Shown here: positions 12,000-21,434 of the stretch, piece by piece | Position numbering within the stretch: the first letter of the stretch is position 1 | How the letters are laid out: each line of letters starts with the position of its first letter | Assembly (NCBI GenBank): GCA_903893565.1 | Contig: CAITMU010000105.1 | Coordinates: forward strand, 41,178-105,177 | From: an uncultured beta proteobacterium | Lineage (GTDB): Bacteria > Pseudomonadota > Gammaproteobacteria > Burkholderiales > SG8-41 | DNA: 64,000 nucleotides | Reading direction: 5' to 3' | The notes under the pieces: generated by a model | What the model was told of the DNA's origin: nothing | Database searches by the model: none | The model's input: the letters and a program-made list of their open reading frames with translations, nothing else | Made by a program: the position numbers and the translations under genes

Positions 12000-12794
12000 A
12001 TGCGCTCCTACCTTGACCTATTAAATCAAGTGCTCAGCACCGGAACCCACAAATCGGATCGCACGGGCACCGGCACGATCAGTATTTTTGGCGCACAGTT
12101 GCGCTTTGATTTGTCAGCCGGATTTCCATTGCTCACCACTAAAAAAGTGCATTTAAAATCGATTATTCATGAGCTTTTGTGGTTTCTCAAAGGTGAAACC
12201 AATACCGCTTACTTGAAAAAAAATGGTGTATCGATCTGGGATGAATGGGCGCGCGAGGGTGGGGAACTCGGCCCGGTGTATGGCTACCAATGGCGCTCTT
12301 GGCCGCGAGCCGATGGCACTCACATTGATCAAATTAGTCAAGTCATCGAGCAGCTTAAAACCAATCCCAATTCGCGACGCATGATCGTATCGGCGTGGAA
12401 CGTTGCTGACCTCGATCAAATGGCTCTCATGCCTTGTCACGCTTTTTTTCAATTTTATGTCGCCAATGGCAAACTCTCCTGCCAACTCTACCAACGCAGT
12501 GCCGATATGTTTTTGGGCGTACCCTTTAACATCGCCTCCTATGCGCTGCTGACCTTAATGGTGGCACAAGTGTGTCATCTTCAACCGGGGGATTTTATCC
12601 ACTCCTTTGGTGACACGCATATTTATCTAAATCATCTAGATCAAACTCGAGAGCAATTGTCGCGCGCCCCCCGCGCACTTCCCACCATGCGACTGAACCC
12701 TCACGTAAAATCTATTTTTGACTTTACTTACGAAGACTTTACCCTCGAAGGCTATGATCCCCATCCGGCCATCAAAGCACCGGTAGCCATTTAA
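12000..12794 (+). CDS. thyA: thymidylate synthase
   Basis: [27 protein letters not shown]. Confidence 0.98.
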   Translation: MRSYLDLLNQVLSTGTHKSDRTGTGTISIFGAQLRFDLSAGFPLLTTKKVHLKSIIHELLWFLKGETNTAYLKKNGVSIWDEWAREGGELGPVYGYQWRSWPRADGTHIDQISQVIEQLKTNPNSRRMIVSAWNVADLDQMALMPCHAFFQFYVANGKLSCQLYQRSADMFLGVPFNIASYALLTLMVAQVCHLQPGDFIHSFGDTHIYLNHLDQTREQLSRAPRALPTMRLNPHVKSIFDFTYEDFTLEGYDPHPAIKAPVAI

Positions 12795-13294
12795 TGGTCA
12801 TTAATTTATCCGTCATGGTGGCCATGGCACAAAACCGTGTCATCGGGCACCAAGGCAAAATCCCTTGGCATCTACCCAATGAACTACAATTATTTAAGCG
12901 TACAACCCTAGGACACCCCATCCTCATGGGCCGCAAGACCTGGGAGTCGATTGGTCGACCTCTGCCGGGTCGGACTTCGATTCTGATCACCCGCCAAGCG
13001 CACTATGTCGCACCCGGGGCCCTTGTGACTCATTCTTTGGAAGAGGCCTTGAATAAAACCGATCCCCAAATCGAACGCTTTGTGATTGGAGGTGGGGAGC
13101 TTTACCGTGAAGCGCTCCCTCTGGCTGATCGGTTATATCTAACCACGGTGAACGCAGAACCCGAGGGGGACACCTTTTTGCCCTCTTGGCCATTGGAAGC
13201 GTGGGAAAAAATAAAAGAAGAATGTTTTAGCCCCGATGAACGTCATCCGTACGCTTATCGATTTGAAGTGTATGAACGAAAAAGATCCCCTTGA
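12794..13294 (+). CDS. folA: dihydrofolate reductase
   Basis: IPWHLP, MGRKTWESIGRPLPGR, VIGGG; start overlaps the thyA stop (TAATG). Confidence 0.96.
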   Translation: MVINLSVMVAMAQNRVIGHQGKIPWHLPNELQLFKRTTLGHPILMGRKTWESIGRPLPGRTSILITRQAHYVAPGALVTHSLEEALNKTDPQIERFVIGGGELYREALPLADRLYLTTVNAEPEGDTFLPSWPLEAWEKIKEECFSPDERHPYAYRFEVYERKRSP

Positions 13295-13450
13295 TCTTTT
13301 TCTACCACTCAGTGCAGTGCTGCGCTTGGACCATTGAGTGCTTGGATGAAGCAATCAATGCCATTTAAGTCGCCTCTGAAAGACGGGGGACTGAGTTGAT
13401 TTCAAAGACTGACGAGCGCGATTTTCTGAATATCACTCGGCCCGTTCACT

Positions 13451-15694
13451 CTACGGTTGCAAGACGCAATCCACAAAATAGCGTAACTGTCCGCCGTGGT
13501 TTTCTTTGACCAAGCCATGAATATCGGTCTCAAAACCCGGAAACTTCTGATTAAAATCTCGAGCAAACTGTAAAAATCCAGCAATCGTTTTATTAAAACG
13601 CTCACCCGGAATTAACAGCGGAATGCCCGGTGGATACGGGGTTAACAAAACGCTGGTCACACGCCCATCGAGCTTATCGATTTCAACCCGCTCAATTTCC
13701 CGATGCGAGAGCCTAGCCCAAGCCTCGGCGGGTGGCATGGCAGGCTTCATATCCGACAGATACATCTCGGTTGTGAGGCGAGCCACATCATTGCTTTTAT
13801 ACACACCGTGAATTTGATCGCACAAATCTCTTAAGCCTGTTTTTTCATAATTGGGGTATTTAGCAATAAACTCCGGCAATACCCGCCACAAAGGTCGATT
13901 GCTAGCATAGTCGTCTTTGAATTGCTGTAACTCGGTGACCAAGGTATTCCATCGCCCTTTGGTAATGCCAATGGTAAACATAATGAAGAAAGAATAAAGC
14001 CCCGTTTTTTCCACAATAATGCCGTGTTCGGCTAAATACTTGGTCACCACCGCAGCCGGGATACCCGTTTTTGCAAATCGACCCGTGACATCCAGCCCCG
14101 GCGTAATGACCGTTGACTTAATCGGGTCAAGCATATTAAAGCCCGTGGCCAAACCGCCGAACCCATGCCAACGCTCTCCCGAACGAAGCACCCAGTTTTC
14201 GCGATTACCAATGCCCTCTTCCGCCAATCGCTCAGGGCCCCACACCTTGAACCACCAATCCTTACCAAATTCAGCATCGATTTTACGCATAGCACGTCTA
14301 AAATCGAGCGCCTCCAGAATCGATTCTTCAACCAACGCGGCTCCGCCCGGAGGCTCCATCATGGCAGCGGCCACATCACAAGAAGCAATAATGGCGTATT
14401 GCGGTGAGGTTGAAGTATGCATGAGATAGGCTTCGTTAAACGTATGCCGATCAAGCTTTCGTTTTTCGCTATCTTGCACCAGAATTTGTGAGGCTTGAGA
14501 CAGACCCGCTAATAGCTTATGAGTCGATTGAGTAGAAAACACAATCGACTCTTTGCAAATGGGTCGCTCCCGACCAATGGCATGCATGCCCTTGTAAAAA
14601 TCATGGAACGTGGCATGGGGTAACCACGCCTCATCAAAATGCAAGGCATCGACCCGCCCATCAAACATTTCCTTGATGGTATCCACGTTGTATAAAATCC
14701 CGTCGTAAGTGCTTTGGGTGAGGGTTAACACTCTGGGCTTTTTATTCGATTTACTCGCAAAGGGATGGGCTTTAATTTTTTTCTGTATGTTTTCCCATTT
14801 AAATTCTTCTAACGGAATGGGACCGATAATGCCGAAGTGATTACGCGTGGGCATTAAAAATACGGGGATCGCCCCGGTCATCGTGATCGCATGAAGGATC
14901 GACACGTGACAGTTTCTATCCACAATAACCACATCGCCGGGTGCTACGGTCGAGTGCCATACAATCTTATTGGAAGTCGAAGTGCCATTGGTAACAAAGA
15001 ACAGATGGTCACTATTAAAAATACGAGCCGCATTGCGCTCCGAGGCCGCCACGGGGCCTGAGTGGTCTAGCAATTGCCCTAACTCATCCACAGCATTACA
15101 CACATCGGCACGCAACATATTTTCACCAAAAAACTGGTGAAACATATGGCCCACGGGGCTTTTCAAAAAAGCCACACCACCAGAGTGTCCTGGACAATGC
15201 CAAGAGTAGGAGCCGTCCTGAGCATAATGAGTCAGTGCACGGAAAAAGGGTGGGGCTAAGCCATCCAGATAGGAGCGTGTCTCACGCACGATATGTCGGG
15301 CCACAAATTCTGGCGTGTCCTCAAACATGTGAATAAAACCGTGCAACTCTCTGAGCACATCGTTAGGGATGTGGCGCGAAGTCTTCGTCTCACCATACAA
15401 AAAGATGGGAATATCAGCATTACGAAAACGGATTTCTTCAACAAAACCCCGCAATCCGGCAATCGTACTGGTGGCCGCCTCGGTCGTAAATTCCTCGTCA
15501 TCGACCGATAAAATAAAAGCAGAGGCTCGGCTTTGTTGCTGAGCAAAAGAGGTGAGGTCACCAAAACTCGTCACCCCAAGCACCTCCAAGCCCTCCGACT
15601 CGATGGCTTCGGCCAAGGCACGAATACCCAGTCCACTCACGTTTTCAGAGCGAAAATCTTCATCAATAATAATGACGGGGAAACGAAATTTCAT
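13451..15694 (-). CDS. PLP-dependent lysine/ornithine/arginine decarboxylase (wing-domain type)
   Basis: N-terminal receiver-like wing domain, HCPGHSGG, NGTSTSN, QSTHKLL PLP lysine, PYPPGIP. Confidence 0.95.
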   Translation of the reverse strand: MKFRFPVIIIDEDFRSENVSGLGIRALAEAIESEGLEVLGVTSFGDLTSFAQQQSRASAFILSVDDEEFTTEAATSTIAGLRGFVEEIRFRNADIPIFLYGETKTSRHIPNDVLRELHGFIHMFEDTPEFVARHIVRETRSYLDGLAPPFFRALTHYAQDGSYSWHCPGHSGGVAFLKSPVGHMFHQFFGENMLRADVCNAVDELGQLLDHSGPVAASERNAARIFNSDHLFFVTNGTSTSNKIVWHSTVAPGDVVIVDRNCHVSILHAITMTGAIPVFLMPTRNHFGIIGPIPLEEFKWENIQKKIKAHPFASKSNKKPRVLTLTQSTYDGILYNVDTIKEMFDGRVDALHFDEAWLPHATFHDFYKGMHAIGRERPICKESIVFSTQSTHKLLAGLSQASQILVQDSEKRKLDRHTFNEAYLMHTSTSPQYAIIASCDVAAAMMEPPGGAALVEESILEALDFRRAMRKIDAEFGKDWWFKVWGPERLAEEGIGNRENWVLRSGERWHGFGGLATGFNMLDPIKSTVITPGLDVTGRFAKTGIPAAVVTKYLAEHGIIVEKTGLYSFFIMFTIGITKGRWNTLVTELQQFKDDYASNRPLWRVLPEFIAKYPNYEKTGLRDLCDQIHGVYKSNDVARLTTEMYLSDMKPAMPPAEAWARLSHREIERVEIDKLDGRVTSVLLTPYPPGIPLLIPGERFNKTIAGFLQFARDFNQKFPGFETDIHGLVKENHGGQLRYFVDCVLQP

Positions 15695-15920
15695 GCCAAA
15701 AACCTCCTCACGTAAGACAGGACGCGACTGTAGCCGCGGATTATAAGGGGCTCGGGTTAAAAATGGGGGGCAACGAACAATTTATTTGTCTTGCTTTCAC
15801 GATTTTCCCAGGCAAGCGCGGTGGGCTGATAGGCTCGGCATGGAATCCCACCGCCGATTCATGCTACCCAGCCTGCCGACCCAGATCGCTCGCCCCTGAG
15901 CGTAAAAAACATACTGCACA

Positions 15921-17009
15921 CTAGGTATTTTGCACCACAATTTTGGGAAATACCGAGGAGTGATCTTGTTGCTTTTCGGCGATTTTGACCGCCACCCGCC
16001 TGGCGATTTGTTTATAAATTTGCGCCGAACGACCCTCAGGGTCTGCGACCACCGTGGGAGTACCGGAATCGGCCTGTTGGCGAATATTAATATCTAAGGG
16101 TAAGCTGCCAAGTAACTCCATATCGTAGTCTTGGCTCATACGCGCGCCGCCCCCCTCACCAAAAATTCTCTCCTCATGGCCACAATGAGAACACACATGG
16201 ATCGACATATTCTCCACAATACCCAGAATCGGAATATTGACCTTTTCAAACATCTTTAATCCCTTACGCGCATCGATTAAAGCAATGTCTTGGGGCGTTG
16301 TGACGATCACTGCACCCGTCACAGGCACCCGTTGGGCTAAGGTTAACTGAATGTCTCCGGTTCCAGGGGGCAAGTCCACCACCAAGTAATCCACCTCACG
16401 CCACTTGGTTTCATTTAACAGTTGCTCTAGCGCCTGCGTCACCATGGGGCCGCGCCACACCATCGGCGTTTCCATATCAATCAAAAATCCAATCGACATC
16501 GCCTGTAGACCGTGGCCTTCCATGGGTTCCAACATTTTATTGTCTTTACTCACGGGCTTGCCCTTGATGCCCAGCATCATCGGTTGTGAGGGCCCGTAAA
16601 TATCGGCATCCAACATACCCACCGTGGCCCCTTCAGCCGCTAGCGCCAAGGCTAAATTCACCGCCGTCGTGCTTTTACCCACCCCCCCCTTACCAGAAGC
16701 GACTGCAATAATATTTTTAATGCCTGGAATTAATTTAACGCCTCGTTGCACGGCGTGCTTGACGATATTCATGCTCACTGTCACTTGCACGCTCTGCACC
16801 CCGGGCAACTGAGCCAAAGCCTGCCGGATCTGCTCTTTGATCGGCTCTAATTGACTTTTAGCCGGATAACCCAATTGCACTTCCAACGAAACTTGATTGC
16901 CATCGACTTTAATATTACGGGCAGATTTTGTGGACAGGTAGTCTTTGTGCGTGTTCGGGTCAATTAGGGTTTGTAAAACATCTTTGACTTGTTGCTCGTC
17001 AATAGCCAT
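15921..17009 (-). CDS. apbC: Fe-S cluster carrier ATPase Mrp/ApbC
   Basis: GKGGVGKST, DADIYGPS, DLPPGTGD, CSHC; divergent from metG. Confidence 0.96.
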   Translation of the reverse strand: MAIDEQQVKDVLQTLIDPNTHKDYLSTKSARNIKVDGNQVSLEVQLGYPAKSQLEPIKEQIRQALAQLPGVQSVQVTVSMNIVKHAVQRGVKLIPGIKNIIAVASGKGGVGKSTTAVNLALALAAEGATVGMLDADIYGPSQPMMLGIKGKPVSKDNKMLEPMEGHGLQAMSIGFLIDMETPMVWRGPMVTQALEQLLNETKWREVDYLVVDLPPGTGDIQLTLAQRVPVTGAVIVTTPQDIALIDARKGLKMFEKVNIPILGIVENMSIHVCSHCGHEERIFGEGGGARMSQDYDMELLGSLPLDINIRQQADSGTPTVVADPEGRSAQIYKQIARRVAVKIAEKQQDHSSVFPKIVVQNT

Positions 17010-17436
17010 GACAGCGTCCATTAAGTAAGTAAGGGATTAAATAAGAAGGGGTGAGATCAAAAGGGTTAGGCCAATCATTCAGACCTCATTTTAATCATTT
17101 TTACGCAATGGGACTATCCTCATTTTTAGAGTAAAAACCGCTTTACTGGCAAGGTTTTTATCTCAAACCCTCAGCGCTACGAATGCGCTTCAAAGCGCTT
17201 TGCCCTCATTTACCCCTTGGGCTGCCTATTCGCACGCCTCCTCATAAACTGCAAACCATTTTTTTCTCTGCCTTAAGCCACAGAAGGCCACAGAGCCCAC
17301 AAAGCCCCTATTGGCCGGAGCTTTCCCCTAGCCCCCTCTGTCCGCTCATCTTGCCAGCGTCCGAGTTAACCTCAGAAACGGGACAAAGGTTTGTTACAAT
17401 CCTAGGCTTCTGTCGCCTGACCTATTCCTAAAGACC

Positions 17437-19599
17437 ATGACCCCTCGTCGCTTGCTGGTAACCTCAGCGCTCCCCTATGCCAATGGCGCCATTCATCTGG
17501 GCCATCTGGTGGAATACATTCAAACCGATATTTGGGTGCGCTTTATGCGCATGCAAGGCCATGAAGTGCACTACGTGGGGGCCGATGACACTCATGGCAC
17601 CCCCGTGATGCTACGAGCCCATGCGGAGGGCCTGACGCCCAAAGCGCTGATCGATCGGGTTTGGCACGAACATAAACGTGACTTTGATGCCTTTGCGGTG
17701 AGTTTTGATCACTACTACACTACCGATTCGCCAGAAAATGAATCCTTGTGTGCCGAGGTCTACCAACAACTACAAAAAAATAATCTCATTGCCACTCGTT
17801 CGGTTGAACAGTTTTTTGACCCCGTCAAACAAATGTTTTTACCAGATCGATATATCAAAGGCACCTGCCCTAAATGTAATGCCAGCGACCAATACGGCGA
17901 CTGCTGCGAAGTTTGTGGGGCGACCTACGGACCCACAGAACTCAAAAATGCTTATTCCAGCATTTCAGGTGCAGCCCCCGTTCGAAAAGCCTCAGAGCAC
18001 TATTTTTTCAAATTATCAGATCCGCGCTGTGAGGTTTTTTTACGCGAGTTCACGCAAAATGCTGATTGCCTACAAACCGAGGCAGCCAACAAGATGAAGG
18101 AATGGTTGGGTGAATCCGGTGAGGCCAAGCTCTCTGACTGGGATATCTCACGCGATGCACCCTACTTCGGTTTTGCTATTCCTGGCACTGACGGACAAAA
18201 GTTTTTCTACGTCTGGCTCGATGCCCCGGTAGGTTATTTTGGCAGTTTTTTAAATTACGTTAAAAAACAAGCAACCCAAGGTCAGTCGATCGATGCCGAT
18301 TCTTTTTTACGTCCAGGTCATACCACGGAATTAATTCATTTCATTGGCAAGGACATCCTTTACTTTCATGCGCTCTTTTGGCCCGCGATGCTCAAAAATG
18401 CGGGCTTTCGCACCCCCACTAAAATCTATGCCCATGGATTTTTAATGGTCAATGGTGAGAAAATGTCCAAATCACGGGGCACGTTCATTACCGCAGAAAG
18501 TTACCACCAACAAGGACTCAATGCCGAGTGGCTGCGTTACTACTACGCGGCAAAGCTCAATGCCACTTTAGAAGACATTGATCTCAATCTAGATGATTTT
18601 GTGGCCCGTGTTAATAGTGATCTCGTAGGTAAATATATCAACATTGCGAGTCGCGCCTCTGGTTTCATTCACAAATACTTTGCCGGTAAAATTCAAGATC
18701 CGCAGCAAAGCACAGCCTCGGCCCAAACGCTTTTACGTCATCTAAAAGCGGCTCAGTCTGAGATTGCCCAACACTATGAAGAACGCGAATTTGGTAAGGC
18801 CATTCGTCAGATTATGGAATTGGCGGATGGGGTTAACAAGTATTTTGATGAAGCCAAGCCTTGGGCCTTAGCCAAAGCCGGTCAAGACTCGCTAGGCCCA
18901 TTACACGAAGTGTGCAGCACCGCATTAGAAGCGTTTCGTGTGCTCACCCTTTATCTCGCACCGGTATTACCGCGGTTGGCTCAATCCGTTTCACAATTTC
19001 TAAAAGTCTCCTGCACCCAGTGGCACTTGATCGATCTACCGATTGCACAGCAGCGCAATTTAGATGAACCGATTTTGCCCTACCAACATTTGATGACCCG
19101 CATCGAGGCGCAGCAAGTGAGCGCACTCGTTAACGTCAATAAAGAAAATTTAAAACCCACGCCCCCTTCCACAGCACAAACCTCAGTGACAGCAACAACG
19201 CCCAACCCCAAGAATAAACCTCCCCTTAGCCCCCCTACCGAAGCCCCCCTCATAGGCCCAAGCCCTACGGCAAGCATCAGCATTGAGGACTTTAGCAAAA
19301 TAGAGCTTCGGGTGGCTCGAATCGCTGCTGCCGAATCAGTGACCGGGGCAGATAAGCTACTAAAACTGTCTCTGGACTTAGGGCCCTTGGGAACACGACA
19401 AGTATTTGCCGGCATCAAATCAGCCTACGATCCGTCTCAACTCGTAGGCAAGTTAACGGTGTGCGTGGCCAACCTGGCTCCTCGGAAAATGAAATTTGGA
19501 CTGTCTGAGGCCATGGTATTGGCCGCCAGTGGTGAGGGGCCCGGTCTTTTTTTACTCTCCCCTGATGCCGGTGCTGAACCGGGTATGAAAATTAAATAA
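17437..19599 (+). CDS. metG: methionine--tRNA ligase with C-terminal tRNA-binding domain
   Basis: HLGH and KMSKS motifs, Zn knuckles CPKC/CEVC, Pro-rich linker, C-terminal Trbp111-like domain. Confidence 0.98.
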   Translation: MTPRRLLVTSALPYANGAIHLGHLVEYIQTDIWVRFMRMQGHEVHYVGADDTHGTPVMLRAHAEGLTPKALIDRVWHEHKRDFDAFAVSFDHYYTTDSPENESLCAEVYQQLQKNNLIATRSVEQFFDPVKQMFLPDRYIKGTCPKCNASDQYGDCCEVCGATYGPTELKNAYSSISGAAPVRKASEHYFFKLSDPRCEVFLREFTQNADCLQTEAANKMKEWLGESGEAKLSDWDISRDAPYFGFAIPGTDGQKFFYVWLDAPVGYFGSFLNYVKKQATQGQSIDADSFLRPGHTTELIHFIGKDILYFHALFWPAMLKNAGFRTPTKIYAHGFLMVNGEKMSKSRGTFITAESYHQQGLNAEWLRYYYAAKLNATLEDIDLNLDDFVARVNSDLVGKYINIASRASGFIHKYFAGKIQDPQQSTASAQTLLRHLKAAQSEIAQHYEEREFGKAIRQIMELADGVNKYFDEAKPWALAKAGQDSLGPLHEVCSTALEAFRVLTLYLAPVLPRLAQSVSQFLKVSCTQWHLIDLPIAQQRNLDEPILPYQHLMTRIEAQQVSALVNVNKENLKPTPPSTAQTSVTATTPNPKNKPPLSPPTEAPLIGPSPTASISIEDFSKIELRVARIAAAESVTGADKLLKLSLDLGPLGTRQVFAGIKSAYDPSQLVGKLTVCVANLAPRKMKFGLSEAMVLAASGEGPGLFLLSPDAGAEPGMKIK

Positions 19600-19628
19600 C
19601 TTTTTATTAATCCTCGGACTATGACCCT

Positions 19629-20738
19629 ATGAAACTGACACATATCGAAGTCATTGCAATCGACATTCCTCTAAAACAAAATTTTGGCGGATCCACCTAC
19701 AATGTTCTAAAACGTAGCACCGTCATTACGCGACTTAGGACAGAAGAGGGATTAACCAGCAATGTCTACAACGGAGACAATCGCGCCCACGCAGGTGAGA
19801 TTGCCCGATTGATGAAAGACACTTTGTTTCCCCTCATCAAAGGGATGGATATTTTTTCCTACGAACGGATTTGGGAAGTCCTCTTTAGTCTCACCACGGC
19901 CCAAGGCGATCGCAAAGTGCTACTGGAAGCCATCTCAGCACTCGATTGTGCTATTTGGGACTTAATCGGCAAAGCGCTCGGCAAATCGGTACGTGAACTA
20001 CTCGGAGGCTACAGGCAATCATTACCGATCATCTCCATTGGCGGCTATTACATGCCTGGAAAAAAACTCTCGGACTATGCCAAAGAAATGCAGTCCTACC
20101 AAAAAGCCGGTATGGCAGGCTGTAAATTCAAAGTCGGTGGCCTCACTGCTGAGGAAGACGCCAAACGCGTGGCGGCAGCCCGACGTGCCGTGGGAGATGA
20201 TTTTATGCTGTGCGTGGATGCCAATCGAGGATGGACCGCACAAGAAGCCATACGCTTTGCGCGGTTAATCGAACCGCTGAATATCGCCTGGTTTGAGGAA
20301 CCCTGTCTTTGGTATGACGATGCGGCGATGATGGCCCGGGTTCGCCAATCCACCTTGATCCCCATCACCGCAGGACAAAGTGAAATTAATTGTCAGGCGG
20401 TTCGCCGATTGGTCGATGCTGGTGCGGTGGATTACGTCAATTACGATGTATCAGAAGGCGGCGGCGTCACCGACTGGCGACGTGTAGCGGCGTTGTGTGC
20501 CACAGCCGGTCTACAGATGGCCCATCATGAAGAGGCCCAAATCGCTTCCCATCTTTTAGCTGCCGTACCTCACGGCACCTATGCCGAATGCTTTGCACAC
20601 CCAGATCGGGATCCCATTTGGCAGCAAATGTGGGTTAACCGACCCAAAGTCAAAAATGGCCACATCCAAGTCAACCCAGGACCCGGTTTTGACATTGAAT
20701 TGGATGAAAAAATGATCAAAAAATACCGCATCAATTAA
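19629..20738 (+). CDS. mandelate racemase/muconate lactonizing enzyme (enolase superfamily) protein
   Basis: DCAIWDLIGK, KFK, VDAN, FEEP, AHH. Confidence 0.92.
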   Translation: MKLTHIEVIAIDIPLKQNFGGSTYNVLKRSTVITRLRTEEGLTSNVYNGDNRAHAGEIARLMKDTLFPLIKGMDIFSYERIWEVLFSLTTAQGDRKVLLEAISALDCAIWDLIGKALGKSVRELLGGYRQSLPIISIGGYYMPGKKLSDYAKEMQSYQKAGMAGCKFKVGGLTAEEDAKRVAAARRAVGDDFMLCVDANRGWTAQEAIRFARLIEPLNIAWFEEPCLWYDDAAMMARVRQSTLIPITAGQSEINCQAVRRLVDAGAVDYVNYDVSEGGGVTDWRRVAALCATAGLQMAHHEEAQIASHLLAAVPHGTYAECFAHPDRDPIWQQMWVNRPKVKNGHIQVNPGPGFDIELDEKMIKKYRIN

Positions 20739-20876
20739 ACCAAAAAATACCGCAACAAGTCGACCCTCACTGGAGTGATCACCCGATCCCAATCACCCAG
20801 GGTGGGGCTACCCCTATAAGCGGGCTAATGTATACCAAGGCGAGTCGCTATCCTATCGATTCAAAATCCAGACCTG

Positions 20877-20913
20877 CTGACTGAGTGCGCCAGCCCCTGC
20901 GCCCCTCAGTCAG
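20877..20913. terminator. strong intergenic hairpin, possible terminator or processing stem
   Basis: CTGACTGAG-TGCGC...GCGC-CC-CTCAGTCAG inverted repeat; no clear U-tract. Confidence 0.4.
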
Positions 20914-21089
20914 ATAACCCTTTCATGTACCGACAAAATTAAATCCTATACCCAAAGCCTTACTTACATAAAAGTAAAGCGACGGTGCCGATCGCCATCG
21001 ACACTCCTATAACAAAATATCCCCGCAGGCAAAAAATCCATACTAAAATCCACATCATCGATCACGGTGCGTTTTAACCTTCCCCTGAT

Positions 21090-21380
21090 ATGAATCTAAA
21101 AACTCAACACCTCACCATCTTGGGCCGCGTTCAAGGCGTCGGCTTTCGCTACTACATGGCCTATAAAGCTAAGCAGTTTCATGTCACCGGATGGGTTCGC
21201 AACCGTGCCGATGGCAGTGTGGAAGCGCTCATTCAAGGCGATGCGGACAATATCGAGCAACTCATCATTCGTGCCCATCGAGGTCCCCCCAAGTCTGAGG
21301 TGCAGTCAGTGACGCCGGAAGAGGTTATTACGAGCGAAATCTTCACTGAATTTGACATTCGCCCCACCCCACCTCAATAA
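21090..21380 (+). CDS. acyP: acylphosphatase
   Basis: GRVQGVGFR, GWVRNRADGSVE. Confidence 0.95.
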   Translation: MNLKTQHLTILGRVQGVGFRYYMAYKAKQFHVTGWVRNRADGSVEALIQGDADNIEQLIIRAHRGPPKSEVQSVTPEEVITSEIFTEFDIRPTPPQ

Positions 21381-21434
21381 ACCGATACCGGTGCGAATGG
21401 ATTGAATGCTCTGACCGATTTTCAGCGGACTTCA

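Noticed and set aside
17183-17431. 82-aa ORF upstream of metG
   Set aside because: Low-complexity Pro-rich translation lying in the divergent apbC/metG promoter region; no RBS or motif.
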